Shown: positions 17,153-26,470 of the stretch, one piece after another
Layout of the letters: each line of letters opens with the position of its first letter
Numbering within the stretch: position 1 is the stretch's first letter
Virus record (IMG/VR): IMGVR_UViG_3300010935_000101
Span: 1 to 29,067 of that record
Direction: 5' to 3' (one strand)
From: a virus
Length of the DNA stretch: 29,067 nucleotides
Position numbers and translations under genes: made by a program
Notes under the pieces: model-generated
The model's input: only the letters and a program-made list of their open reading frames with translations
The model's database searches: none
Told to the model about the DNA's origin: nothing

Positions 17153-17436
17153 CACACATATACAGTAGGAAAGCATACAACTTGGATACAGAATTCGCAG
17201 ATGTAGTGGAATCAACAAGCAGAGAAGCAAATAACCTTGAGCACCACATGGAACTTATACAGGACTTCTATCCTGAACTTGAAGTAATTCAACTATGGAC
17301 TTATGACCATTCAGGAATGTCAATTGATCAATTCAAAAGGTGTCAGTGGGACTCAAGTGCAGATGCATTTGCAGTAACAGACAATCATACAGAACTAGAA
17401 GAAGTTCTATCAAATATTAATGAGGAATTACTATGA
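17149..17436 (+). CDS. acidic hypothetical phage protein
   Basis: YDHSG...WDS motif; SD; ATGA overlap. Confidence 0.7.
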   Translation: MTHIYSRKAYNLDTEFADVVESTSREANNLEHHMELIQDFYPELEVIQLWTYDHSGMSIDQFKRCQWDSSADAFAVTDNHTELEEVLSNINEELL

Positions 17437-18413
17437 GCACAATAGCAACAGCAGCAACTAACACTAAGGATATTACAATTAATGGGAAAACATTTACCAA
17501 TAATTCTAATTTATCTAAAGAACATGCAATTTTTGGAGCTTATCACAGTACATTATACAGTGGACATCCGCCAAGGGAAGGCAAACTTTCAACAACAACT
17601 ATTATTGGTCCTCTTAGAAAGGCAATTTTAGCAATTAAATTTCCAATTGTTGGATCTGAGGATGTAGCAAACCTTATGGCATCTGCCAAGGGAACCGTTA
17701 TGCATGAGGGTCTAACTAGAGCACTTCAAGCATATAATTCTGGGTACACTTGCGAAGATCGAGTTGAACGTGAAGTTAATGAATGGAAAATTTCTGGTGA
17801 ATTTGATGTATTAACACCTGATAAACAAATCAAGGATTTCAAACACGTATCAAATTACAACATTAAAATGTTAATTGAAGACAAGGAAAAACTACAACCT
17901 GAGTGGACTTTGGAACAGATGTACATTAATGTGCCAACTTATTTCAAGTTTGTTGCACAATTATCAATCTACAAATTTTTACTGAATGACCCAGAAGTCA
18001 AACCTTATGGCTCAATTCTATTCAGTCTTAGCAACGGTTCGGATATGGGCAAATATACAATTGACCAGGAAGTTACATTTTCTCTTAGACCAACTGAGGA
18101 AATTGAAGAATTCCTATTTAACCAAGTACAAGCAATTAAAGACCATTTAACAAATGGCACTATCCCATTATGTTCTAATGAGGAACGTGGATATCGTGAA
18201 GGTGAATGGAAACTCCAACGCATGGGAAGTACTGGGAAGATGGCAACTGTTCGTGGATCCAAGTGTACCTCAGCAGGTGATTTAGCAGCCTTCATTATGA
18301 GCAAGGGTAAACCCGGCGATGTAGAGATAATTGTACCACCTAAGTACATGCTTTGTGAGTATTGTAAATTCAAGACTGTTTGTGACCAATACATCCCACC
18401 AGTGGAGGACTGA
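17433..18413 (+). CDS. PD-(D/E)XK (Cas4/RecB-like) exonuclease
   Basis: GTxMH, SGEFD...DFK, QLSIY, C-terminal CEYCxxxxxC. Confidence 0.8.
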   Translation: MSTIATAATNTKDITINGKTFTNNSNLSKEHAIFGAYHSTLYSGHPPREGKLSTTTIIGPLRKAILAIKFPIVGSEDVANLMASAKGTVMHEGLTRALQAYNSGYTCEDRVEREVNEWKISGEFDVLTPDKQIKDFKHVSNYNIKMLIEDKEKLQPEWTLEQMYINVPTYFKFVAQLSIYKFLLNDPEVKPYGSILFSLSNGSDMGKYTIDQEVTFSLRPTEEIEEFLFNQVQAIKDHLTNGTIPLCSNEERGYREGEWKLQRMGSTGKMATVRGSKCTSAGDLAAFIMSKGKPGDVEIIVPPKYMLCEYCKFKTVCDQYIPPVED

Positions 18414-18415
18414 TT

Positions 18416-18664
18416 ATGTACGCAATTGCTGGGATAGAACCAGGGTTTATTGAGTATAAACTTGAAGAATCAGATGGTCCGGAAATTGCAACACAGATTA
18501 TAGGGTATATGGAGGATTCTTTGGAATTGCCTCCTAATCCATTCACTGTGACATTAATAGAACCAATTTTTGAACTGGAAGTTGACCTTGATATTAATCC
18601 ATTTAAACATATAACTAAACGACACTGTAAAAAGTGTCTAAACCAATTAAGGAAATTGACATGA
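18416..18664 (+). CDS. hypothetical protein
   Basis: GGAGG SD; C-terminal CxxC. Confidence 0.65.
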   Translation: MYAIAGIEPGFIEYKLEESDGPEIATQIIGYMEDSLELPPNPFTVTLIEPIFELEVDLDINPFKHITKRHCKKCLNQLRKLT

Positions 18665-19164
18665 CTAAGAAAGAAGCAATACAAGCTATGCTCGATGGCA
18701 AGAAAGTAAGGCATGAGGATTTTAATGAAGACCAGTACTTTATGTTTAGTAAGGACTTTTGTAATTTAATAGATGAGCAAGGTGAAAAATATATCTTAAA
18801 AGATATGGAACAAGATAACTGGTTCATATATCAAGAACCACCTAAGTTTAAAGTAGGGGATAGGATAACACGATATGACACAACTGTTACTTACCTAATT
18901 ACAGATATTATTAAAGATTACTATAAAACATTAGTAGGAGCAATACCTATAGAACAAACACATTTATATTATAAAGTTAAAACAGAGTCATGGGCTAAAT
19001 TTAGATGTTGTAATTCAAGTAGAGATAAGAAATTTAAAACCTATTGGATAGAATCTCAAGCGTTATATAAAACACTAGAAGAATTTACAAAAGGATGGAA
19101 GGGGTACTCTCACCACCATGAAGTTGAAGGTTCAAGGGTTGATTTACCAGTAGTGGAGGATTAA
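18661..19164 (+). CDS. hypothetical modular protein
   Basis: AAGGA SD; EAIQAMLDGKKV N-terminal module followed by an FKVGD module. Confidence 0.7.
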   Translation: MTKKEAIQAMLDGKKVRHEDFNEDQYFMFSKDFCNLIDEQGEKYILKDMEQDNWFIYQEPPKFKVGDRITRYDTTVTYLITDIIKDYYKTLVGAIPIEQTHLYYKVKTESWAKFRCCNSSRDKKFKTYWIESQALYKTLEEFTKGWKGYSHHHEVEGSRVDLPVVED

Positions 19165-19167
19165 GTT

Positions 19168-19365
19168 ATGGATACAGAAACAAAATATTTATTATTCACA
19201 ATTGCTCCACTTTTATGGGGGTTAGTGGTGTTAACAACTCTTTTATCATATGATATATATTCAAACATAAAACAAAATGAGTTATATATAGAGAAAGGCT
19301 ACAAGAAACACAAAATATGTGTTGAATATCGTACTGAGTGGATACTACCAGTAGGGGAGGATTGA
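19168..19365 (+). CDS. small membrane protein
   Basis: GGAGG SD; one TM segment. Confidence 0.65.
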   Translation: MDTETKYLLFTIAPLLWGLVVLTTLLSYDIYSNIKQNELYIEKGYKKHKICVEYRTEWILPVGED

Positions 19366-19366
19366 G

Positions 19367-19603
19367 ATGAAGTACATAATACCAATACAAGAGCAAATTT
19401 CTGTATGGCAAAACATAGACATTCAAATTGATACGGATGATAGTATAAAAGAGGTGTACAAGCATATAAAACAAGGGGACCTTGTACCATACTATGGTAT
19501 AGACGAATACTGTGGTACAAGTATAATATATGATACAGAAAAAAATTTGGAATATGATTATAGCAATACTAGTTTGTATGATATAGAAGTAGTGGAGAAT
19601 TGA
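19367..19603 (+). CDS. hypothetical protein
   Basis: GGAGG SD; 78 aa. Confidence 0.65.
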   Translation: MKYIIPIQEQISVWQNIDIQIDTDDSIKEVYKHIKQGDLVPYYGIDEYCGTSIIYDTEKNLEYDYSNTSLYDIEVVEN

Positions 19604-19604
19604 G

Positions 19605-19838
19605 ATGAGTGTTCAATTCCAATTTAGTAGTGATGACATACATAGGCTACCATTTAAAGAAGGTGATGAGCTCATGTATAAAGGTAAAAAAGTAACTATT
19701 ACTAATATAGGTTTAAGAGAATTTAACGAGTCCGTAAATGATATTATAGTTTCTTTTACTAATACAGAAAGGTCTGATTATACCTTTCACGATGACCGGG
19801 AACTGACAAGACTTGATGGAACACACTTTAGGCTATAA
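19605..19838 (+). CDS. hypothetical protein
   Basis: GGAG SD; FKEGD module. Confidence 0.65.
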   Translation: MSVQFQFSSDDIHRLPFKEGDELMYKGKKVTITNIGLREFNESVNDIIVSFTNTERSDYTFHDDRELTRLDGTHFRL

Positions 19839-19854
19839 AAATTAAAGGAGTACT

Positions 19855-20085
19855 ATGAAAGCAAAAGCTAAAACAATTAATGGAGATGTTATAGAAGGGC
19901 ATTATTTTTATGATGTAGTAAACGCAAGTGAATGTATATACTCTACAGAAGATATAACAATAGGAGCAGCTATAAAAATAGACCCTACAACACTAGAATA
20001 CCAAGTTGGTTCCGAATGGTATAGCGAATATAGACTCCTTAACCTAGTTGTTAAAGGATTAAAACTAGAATTTACAGAAGGATAA
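19855..20085 (+). CDS. YopX-like N-terminal domain protein
   Basis: KAKT..G.VIEG.Y...IDPTTL pattern; AAGGAG SD. Confidence 0.5.
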   Translation: MKAKAKTINGDVIEGHYFYDVVNASECIYSTEDITIGAAIKIDPTTLEYQVGSEWYSEYRLLNLVVKGLKLEFTEG

Positions 20086-20089
20086 ACAA

Positions 20090-20158
20090 ATGAAAGAGTT
20101 TAGAAAAGAGTGGAGTAGACACTCACACCATCATGAAGTTGATGGGAAAGGAATATAG
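20090..20158 (+). pseudogene. 22-aa remnant paralogous to the C-terminus of 18661..19164
   Basis: EFRKEWSRHSHHHEVDG versus EFTKGWKGYSHHHEVEG. Confidence 0.55.
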
Positions 20159-20160
20159 TT

Positions 20161-20403
20161 ATGAATGATGAAGCAATAGCAGAACATATTATTTATTTAG
20201 TAAAACAATATGAAGAACACTTAAAAAATCAGGAACATATGTTATATCAGATGAGTATGATGGCTGCACAACTTTCTAGCCAAGATATGGTACACCCTGA
20301 TCTCTTAGACAAGACTCCCTCTAGTAAGTTAGAAGCAACAACTCTTGTTGACCGTGTTAAAGCAACTTTGGAAAATAGGAAGAAATCAAAGGATAAACAA
20401 TGA
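20161..20403 (+). CDS. hypothetical protein
   Basis: 80-aa ORF with SD. Confidence 0.65.
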   Translation: MNDEAIAEHIIYLVKQYEEHLKNQEHMLYQMSMMAAQLSSQDMVHPDLLDKTPSSKLEATTLVDRVKATLENRKKSKDKQ

Positions 20404-20645
20404 CTAGAGAATACATAGAAAGAGAATTAGAGAAGAACATCTACAACATTTGGATAGTTGATGATTTATTTGACGAAGTATTTGAGTATTTTGAAAAGCA
20501 AAAGCTATGTGAAGATTGTAAATATTGGAATAAAATACCTACTGTGGGGCATGGAAAATGTGCTAAACTTATAAGCTATTATTTTTCAGGAACAACTAGA
20601 AAAGACTTTGGTTGTAACAAATGGAAAGAAAAGGATACACAATGA
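20400..20645 (+). CDS. small Cys-rich protein
   Basis: CEDCKYW...C...DFGCNKW. Confidence 0.7.
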   Translation: MTREYIERELEKNIYNIWIVDDLFDEVFEYFEKQKLCEDCKYWNKIPTVGHGKCAKLISYYFSGTTRKDFGCNKWKEKDTQ

Positions 20646-21142
20646 TTAAAAATATAAGCATGAGAGTAAATCCAGACTTGTCAAGAAGAGTACAAGAAAT
20701 TGTATTTAAAAATGGTGGTAAATGGATGGGAGATTACACAGATATAAGGAACCTAAAAGAGAAAATTTTATTAGTAGATGAGTATGGAATGCTTGCTTAT
20801 TATTCTATTTTAGAGCTAGAGATGCTTAAATATGATATAGATGGTGAGGAAATATCAGCGTATGATTTTATAGCAAGTCAAGGAGAGCAGAAGTGGCTAC
20901 CTAAATACAATGAAATATGCGAATTTAGTGATGACAAAAATTTTCGTTATTATAAAGCATTACAATTCAAACGTTACAACCCAGAAGATACATACCCGTT
21001 TGAAGAGGCTGACGGAAATACCTTTAGATATTGCAGACCCCTAAAACAAACTAAAACAATAACGATTGACGGTAAAGATATAGAAGTATCTAGTGAAAGC
21101 TTTGAAGCTTTAAAGGAACAACTATGCAAGAAGCAACAATAA
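20642..21142 (+). CDS. hypothetical modular protein
   Basis: SD and ATGA overlap; WxPKxxExCxF module; TITIDGKDIEVS.ES...LK tail. Confidence 0.7.
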   Translation: MIKNISMRVNPDLSRRVQEIVFKNGGKWMGDYTDIRNLKEKILLVDEYGMLAYYSILELEMLKYDIDGEEISAYDFIASQGEQKWLPKYNEICEFSDDKNFRYYKALQFKRYNPEDTYPFEEADGNTFRYCRPLKQTKTITIDGKDIEVSSESFEALKEQLCKKQQ

Positions 21143-21288
21143 GCTATGAAGAATGGTTAGAAAGTCTTAACAAAGAACAGCTAGAAGAAGCTAAAATGTT
21201 AGGAGGTGGAGATAACGACATCGCTTTAATGAGAGCTTATTATCAAACATATCTTAAAGAAAAATCTAAATTTGAGGAAACAAAATGA
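21124..21288 (+). CDS. small hypothetical protein (54 aa, not in the ORF track)
   Basis: AAGGA SD; MQEATISYEEWLESL...; ATGA overlap with the next gene. Confidence 0.6.
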   Translation: MQEATISYEEWLESLNKEQLEEAKMLGGGDNDIALMRAYYQTYLKEKSKFEETK

Positions 21289-21872
21289 ATAAAGAACTAA
21301 TTAGAAAATATAAAGCAGAATTTAATTGGTGGTTAGATGGTGGTGAAGTTTTAATAAGATTCTATAACCACAGTGAGTGGGAACTAATAAATGATGACAA
21401 CTTAGATGAAGACCACTTTTGGAGTAATGAAATTGGTTCATTTAAGGAATTAAAAGTAGTCATCAAAGATAAATATTATCCTTTCAGGAAAGCATTAGCT
21501 GAAGGGAAGACTATACAAGATGATACTGGGCTATACTGGAGCAAAAGCCTATGTAAATGGGATTTACCACCTGAACGTTATCGCATAAAGCCTGATGAGC
21601 CAACTTTCGAAGTAGGTGATTGGGTAGTACATCCTAGAATAGTGAGTCCATTTAGATGGACAAAGAATGATACTTGTCCAAAAACTGAACTATGGAAACC
21701 AAAAGTTGATGAATGGTGTTGGTTCTTAGATAATCAAAAAGAGCCTAGACTAAAACAATATGAATGTCTTGACCCTATTGGTAATTGCCATGTATCTAAA
21801 CAAGGGTTAATGAGTCATAAAGTAGAACCATTTATAGGTACTCTTCCAAGTTGTATAAAGGGGATAAAATGA
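21285..21872 (+). CDS. hypothetical modular protein
   Basis: GAGG SD; C-terminal half paralogous to 3939..4307. Confidence 0.75.
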   Translation: MNKELIRKYKAEFNWWLDGGEVLIRFYNHSEWELINDDNLDEDHFWSNEIGSFKELKVVIKDKYYPFRKALAEGKTIQDDTGLYWSKSLCKWDLPPERYRIKPDEPTFEVGDWVVHPRIVSPFRWTKNDTCPKTELWKPKVDEWCWFLDNQKEPRLKQYECLDPIGNCHVSKQGLMSHKVEPFIGTLPSCIKGIK

Positions 21873-22060
21873 AAATGTCTATAATAGGTGGAATTGGTGG
21901 AATTGGTGGAATATTTTTCCTATATTTGTTAGGAGCATTTTATAATATATCATTTGATATATCTATGTGGTCTATGGTGAGCAGAGAACTAACAAGTATA
22001 ATGGCATTTATTATATTTATTTATACATCAATCATACTACTTATGTTGCAAGAAAAATAA
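21869..22060 (+). CDS. small 2-TM membrane protein
   Basis: hydrophobic; resembles 6482..6673 (DI..W...R pattern). Confidence 0.65.
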   Translation: MKMSIIGGIGGIGGIFFLYLLGAFYNISFDISMWSMVSRELTSIMAFIIFIYTSIILLMLQEK

Positions 22061-22269
22061 TGAAAACCTATAACTACCTATATGATATAGATAAACCAAT
22101 ATGGACTTTAATGCAATATAATGTAGCCTTAGAGACAAAAGTAGACTTAGGTAAGACATTACTTAGAAAACTAAACAAAGTGTCATATATGGAAGCTGAT
22201 AACGCTAGAATCAACGAAGTGATGAAAGCTATTGAATTTAATAAAGCATTAATTTTGGAAGGAATATAA
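22060..22269 (+). CDS. hypothetical protein
   Basis: TAATG coupling; 69 aa. Confidence 0.6.
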   Translation: MKTYNYLYDIDKPIWTLMQYNVALETKVDLGKTLLRKLNKVSYMEADNARINEVMKAIEFNKALILEGI

Positions 22270-22270
22270 A

Positions 22271-22456
22271 ATGTATGTATGTTTAATGATGAGAGATGAA
22301 ATTAGAGTAGAAGTACTTAACACTACCAATATTATACCATTAAGCTGGACGAACGGGATGATAGGAGCTTTACCAGTATTTAAAACAAGAGAAGATGCTT
22401 TAAGTTATGTAAATGGAGATGCTACTAAAATATTGCCAATAAAGGAAACTAAATGA
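22271..22456 (+). CDS. hypothetical protein
   Basis: AAGGA SD; 61 aa. Confidence 0.6.
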   Translation: MYVCLMMRDEIRVEVLNTTNIIPLSWTNGMIGALPVFKTREDALSYVNGDATKILPIKETK

Positions 22457-22890
22457 AAATTAAACTATTAGACCCTAAGTGTTTACCAAGATATGAACAT
22501 GAAGATGATGCTGCTATGGATTGCAGAGCATCTAAAGACGTTAGTTGGATAAATGAGAATAATATACAAGTAGCATATGTTCCACTTGGATTTAAAGTTG
22601 AAGTACCAAGAGGTTATGTTCTTATGCTGTTCATTAGAAATGAATATGGATTTGACTATAATATATCATTAGCAAATGGAACAGAATTAGTTGATACCAA
22701 TTTCAGAGAAGAGATGATTGTTAAGCTAATAAGAGTTGGTATATCAACTGATAATCCAGATATGATAGAACAATATGATAAAGTGGTTCAATGTATCTTA
22801 ATTGAAAGACCTAAAGTTTATTGGAATATAGTTGATGAATTAAGTGAAATAAAAAGAGGAACTGGATTTAGTTCTAGTGGAATTAAATAA
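22453..22890 (+). CDS. dut: trimeric dUTPase-family protein with degenerate motifs
   Basis: all five motifs recognisable in order: AAMDC, RNEYG, GTELVDTNFREE, DKVVQ, RGTGFSSSG. Confidence 0.8.
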   Translation: MKIKLLDPKCLPRYEHEDDAAMDCRASKDVSWINENNIQVAYVPLGFKVEVPRGYVLMLFIRNEYGFDYNISLANGTELVDTNFREEMIVKLIRVGISTDNPDMIEQYDKVVQCILIERPKVYWNIVDELSEIKRGTGFSSSGIK

Positions 22891-22903
22891 AAAAAGGTAG
22901 ATT

Positions 22904-23143
22904 ATGGGAATAAATATAAGAGAAATAGCTTTGCAGACAGCAATAGATGATTATTTTTCAAAATCACCAAGTGCAGAAGTATGGGACAGAATACAGGAGA
23001 GTACACTTATTAGAAGAATGAAGAGTGGAGAGTATAATATATGGGAACCATTTGAGTATTATGAAGAAAAAGATGTAATAGAATTTGTAGAGTCACTGGC
23101 TCAAAGCGTTGAAGCTGCAATTAAATATGTATCAAAAGGATAG
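22904..23143 (+). CDS. hypothetical protein
   Basis: 79-aa ORF with AAGG SD. Confidence 0.65.
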   Translation: MGINIREIALQTAIDDYFSKSPSAEVWDRIQESTLIRRMKSGEYNIWEPFEYYEEKDVIEFVESLAQSVEAAIKYVSKG

Positions 23144-23146
23144 ATT

Positions 23147-23512
23147 ATGGGAAGATATATAAGTGGAGATATTAAACATATGTTCTGGATTGGAACACAG
23201 AACTCTGATGCAGCAAGTCAATTTGGTGGAGAAGAAGAAAATAACTCTATTCCTTATCATTATGGCTCAATGGAAGATTTTGATGTAGAGCGACTCAATA
23301 AATTAATTAAACAATTAAATAAAAAGTATAATGATATAGTACACTTAGAAACAGAGCCAGGCTATTTATATGGCGAAGAGGATGAAGGATTTGATGAGGG
23401 ATGGTGGGAACTAGTACAAAATGATACATTAGTAGCAGATGTACAGTTGGGACTACGAATATATCAGTGCATAAAGAAAAATGGAAGTTGCTCATTTGAA
23501 GCAGAAATATAA
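23147..23512 (+). CDS. hypothetical phage protein
   Basis: MGRY..GDI...FW...Q.SDAA..FG motif; SD present. Confidence 0.7.
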   Translation: MGRYISGDIKHMFWIGTQNSDAASQFGGEEENNSIPYHYGSMEDFDVERLNKLIKQLNKKYNDIVHLETEPGYLYGEEDEGFDEGWWELVQNDTLVADVQLGLRIYQCIKKNGSCSFEAEI

Positions 23513-23564
23513 TAAAACCGTACTTAAGGGTCAAGTAAAAATAGAAGAATAAAAAAGGTTTAAT

Positions 23565-26228
23565 ATGACAATATTATTAACAGAATTACCAGAAAATTAT
23601 GAAACAGATATTCGAACTCAACTATTAGAACGATTTGGTTTGGATAAAGCCAAATTTAACTTGAAGCTAATTCACCAATTACCATATTCGGATCTCGGAT
23701 ACGAAATCAACCATTTACCAGCACCAATTCTAACAGATTATTGGGGAATCAAGGATTCCTCAGTAATTCGAGTCGACGACTGTGGTGATGTAGCAGTAGT
23801 TGCAGAAGTTATTGCATCTCAATACATTGAACCAGTAGTGCACTTTTGTGATGAATTGGAAGTTGCTAAGCGTTGGCTAGCCCGCTATGATGCAGACTTC
23901 CATACAGTAGCAGTTGACTTTGAATCAAGAGATTTAACTTTACCACAATTCAACAAACTCACAATGCTATCTATTGGTTGGAATTTACTTAAGTCTACTG
24001 TGATTGTATTTGCTAACCAGGAATTACAGGACTATGTGCTGAACTGGCTAGTGACTACTAAAGTCCGACAAATCTGGCATAATGCACTGTTTGACCTGAA
24101 GTTCGTGAAATACTACACTAACAAGTTACCATTGAATATTGAGGATTCCCAACTGTTAGCAGCAGTGTACAACAATAATGTGGACCCTCAAAAGCGTAAG
24201 TCTGGACTTAAGGCATTATCTGGCACACTCTATCAAGATTGGGCTAACGACAAAGGCTCCTTTGATTTATTTGACACTACACTGAATCACAAAGTGACTA
24301 ACTTGCATTATGTAGGAACTGGAGATTCATCTAAGTACAACCTATCTCTTATTAAGTATGCAGGTATTGATACACCAGCAACTAAGCTTGCTTGGGAACG
24401 CTTTGATACTGAACCAGCAAACCCCAACTATTGGGTGCCGGTAACTTCTGAGCCTAGATATAACATTGAACAATTTAACCAACGGTACTATTATGAATTT
24501 ATTCTTAAACCTGCAATACCAGTAATTATTGAGATGATTATGAATGGACAAGCAATTGACTTATCCAAGGTAGATAAACTCAAGTCCGAAGTTGATGCTT
24601 TTAACAAGCTGACTTTGGAAACTATTAGTGCTTTTCCTATGATTAAGCAATTTCAGGATCGAGTTGACCAACTACGGATTGATAAGTTTTTAGCACCTGT
24701 TCGCAAGGCTATGAAGGTCCCTAAGTATGCAGGTTACAAGAACAATATAGCAATGCGGACTTGGATTGTCAACTATTTTGATGGTACAACTTTCGACAAA
24801 ATAAGTGCTATTGATCTAAAGACTATTGAAACACCAATTGCTAAGTTATTATTTAACAAAGAATTTGATGACCCTTTAGTCAAGTCTGGAGCAGATGCTT
24901 ACGAAGTTGCTGAGTTCTTACGACAAAACACCAAAGCCAATCGCATTGATAAACTGGAACATCCAGAAAAGTACATCCAAATAGGGTTTAACCCTTGGAA
25001 TTACCAGCAATTAACACAGATGTGGCTTGAGTTTGGTTTAACTTCTTATAAGATATCCAAAGACACTGGGCAAATGTCATTTGACTCTAAAGTCCTTAAA
25101 GAACTATCTAAGACTACAACTGGTGAACCCCAACAAATAATCAAGCATTACCTGGAAGTAGCACAATCTAAAAATATGATTACACAGTACATTCCTAAAT
25201 ACTACGGATCAACTGTAGAAGGTAGACTACATTACTCACTTCGACTAATGGGAACTTTCACAGGTAGACTGTCTGGTAAAGCAAGCGGTGACAAACTGGA
25301 AGCCCCAATGAAGCACCAACTGGGGGCCAACGGTGTTACGCAGCCTGTTGGGCACAAAGTCTATGGTAAAACTGTTAAGTCTATGTTTATAGCACCACCA
25401 GGTCGTATCTTAATTGCAGTTGATTATAATGGCTTGGAAAACCATATTAACGCTTGTCTTACCAAAGATGCTACCACTATTAAGTTACTTAGCCCTGATC
25501 AAGAAACTGGACTTATGTGGGATATGCACACGTTGCATAGTACCATATTTTTCAAGGAAGACTGGGAAGTGATTACTGGACAACCTTTCGAGGATACTAT
25601 CCAGTATAACAAGATGTGTCATAAACTTACGGACACTAATTCTGATGCAAAAGCACTTAGGACTAAGTCTAAACCAATTACATTCAAGCTTGCTTATGGA
25701 GGGTTTCCAGACTCTCACAAAGGCGGTTCAATTACTCAAGAAATATTTGATCGCTATCATACTGAGTTGTACCCTGGAGTTGCTGCATTCCGTGAGGATT
25801 ATGTGGTACCTACTTCTCAAGACCAAAAATATTTACATCTCAATTGGGGACTACGAGTTTACTCTAGTAATCCAAAGGGGGATTTATTACCTCTGAATAA
25901 TGCAAACTTTCAGGGATATTCTGATATAACATTAATTGCAGCAACGAATTTTCGTAAGCAGTATTTAGCTGAAGGTAACCCGCATGGGATACTAGGACTA
26001 AACATAATTCATGATGCTCTTTATTACGAACTAGAGTGTAAAGCAGAAGCAATCAAGTGGGTTAATGACAATCTTATTGCAACCATGGTACCAGACTTTT
26101 TACAGAACCAAACTGTTCACCTCAGAGCTGAGTGTGACATTGGGTTTAACCAGAAGGATATGGTAACATTACCAAATAATGCTTCAATTGAGCAAATTAA
26201 TGAAGCACTAACTAAGTTGAATACTTAG
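23565..26228 (+). CDS. polA: family A DNA polymerase with a 3'-5' exonuclease domain
   Basis: ExoI VDFES, ExoII HNALFD, ExoIII YAGID; TGRLS; motif A DYNGLE, motif B RTKSKPITFKLAYG, motif C HDA. Confidence 0.93.
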   Translation: MTILLTELPENYETDIRTQLLERFGLDKAKFNLKLIHQLPYSDLGYEINHLPAPILTDYWGIKDSSVIRVDDCGDVAVVAEVIASQYIEPVVHFCDELEVAKRWLARYDADFHTVAVDFESRDLTLPQFNKLTMLSIGWNLLKSTVIVFANQELQDYVLNWLVTTKVRQIWHNALFDLKFVKYYTNKLPLNIEDSQLLAAVYNNNVDPQKRKSGLKALSGTLYQDWANDKGSFDLFDTTLNHKVTNLHYVGTGDSSKYNLSLIKYAGIDTPATKLAWERFDTEPANPNYWVPVTSEPRYNIEQFNQRYYYEFILKPAIPVIIEMIMNGQAIDLSKVDKLKSEVDAFNKLTLETISAFPMIKQFQDRVDQLRIDKFLAPVRKAMKVPKYAGYKNNIAMRTWIVNYFDGTTFDKISAIDLKTIETPIAKLLFNKEFDDPLVKSGADAYEVAEFLRQNTKANRIDKLEHPEKYIQIGFNPWNYQQLTQMWLEFGLTSYKISKDTGQMSFDSKVLKELSKTTTGEPQQIIKHYLEVAQSKNMITQYIPKYYGSTVEGRLHYSLRLMGTFTGRLSGKASGDKLEAPMKHQLGANGVTQPVGHKVYGKTVKSMFIAPPGRILIAVDYNGLENHINACLTKDATTIKLLSPDQETGLMWDMHTLHSTIFFKEDWEVITGQPFEDTIQYNKMCHKLTDTNSDAKALRTKSKPITFKLAYGGFPDSHKGGSITQEIFDRYHTELYPGVAAFREDYVVPTSQDQKYLHLNWGLRVYSSNPKGDLLPLNNANFQGYSDITLIAATNFRKQYLAEGNPHGILGLNIIHDALYYELECKAEAIKWVNDNLIATMVPDFLQNQTVHLRAECDIGFNQKDMVTLPNNASIEQINEALTKLNT

Positions 26229-26369
26229 TAATTTTATAACACCAGATAATTTCTTATACGTGTATAAACTAACTGAACGTAATACAGTATAGAAATAACA
26301 TTAGGTCATCAACAATTGACAAGTTGACGGTAAGTAGCTTCTTAACTGGAGGTTCGCCTATTTTTACAT

Positions 26370-26458
26370 AGTGTGTTGGCTGAGTTGGCTTAAGGCAGCA
26401 GATTGCTAATTTGTCGAGTGTAACAGCTCCGAGGGTTCGAATCCCTCACACACTGCCA
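26370..26458 (+). tRNA. tRNA-Ser(GCT)
   Basis: AGTGTGT/ACACACT acceptor, discriminator G, encoded CCA, anticodon loop TT-GCT-AA, long variable arm, GAGGG-TTCGAAT-CCCTC T arm. Confidence 0.92.
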
Positions 26459-26470
26459 TTTTTATTTAAC

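Noticed and set aside
17433-18413. CRISPR-Cas system
   Set aside because: Solo Cas4-like nuclease only; no repeat-spacer array or other cas genes are visible
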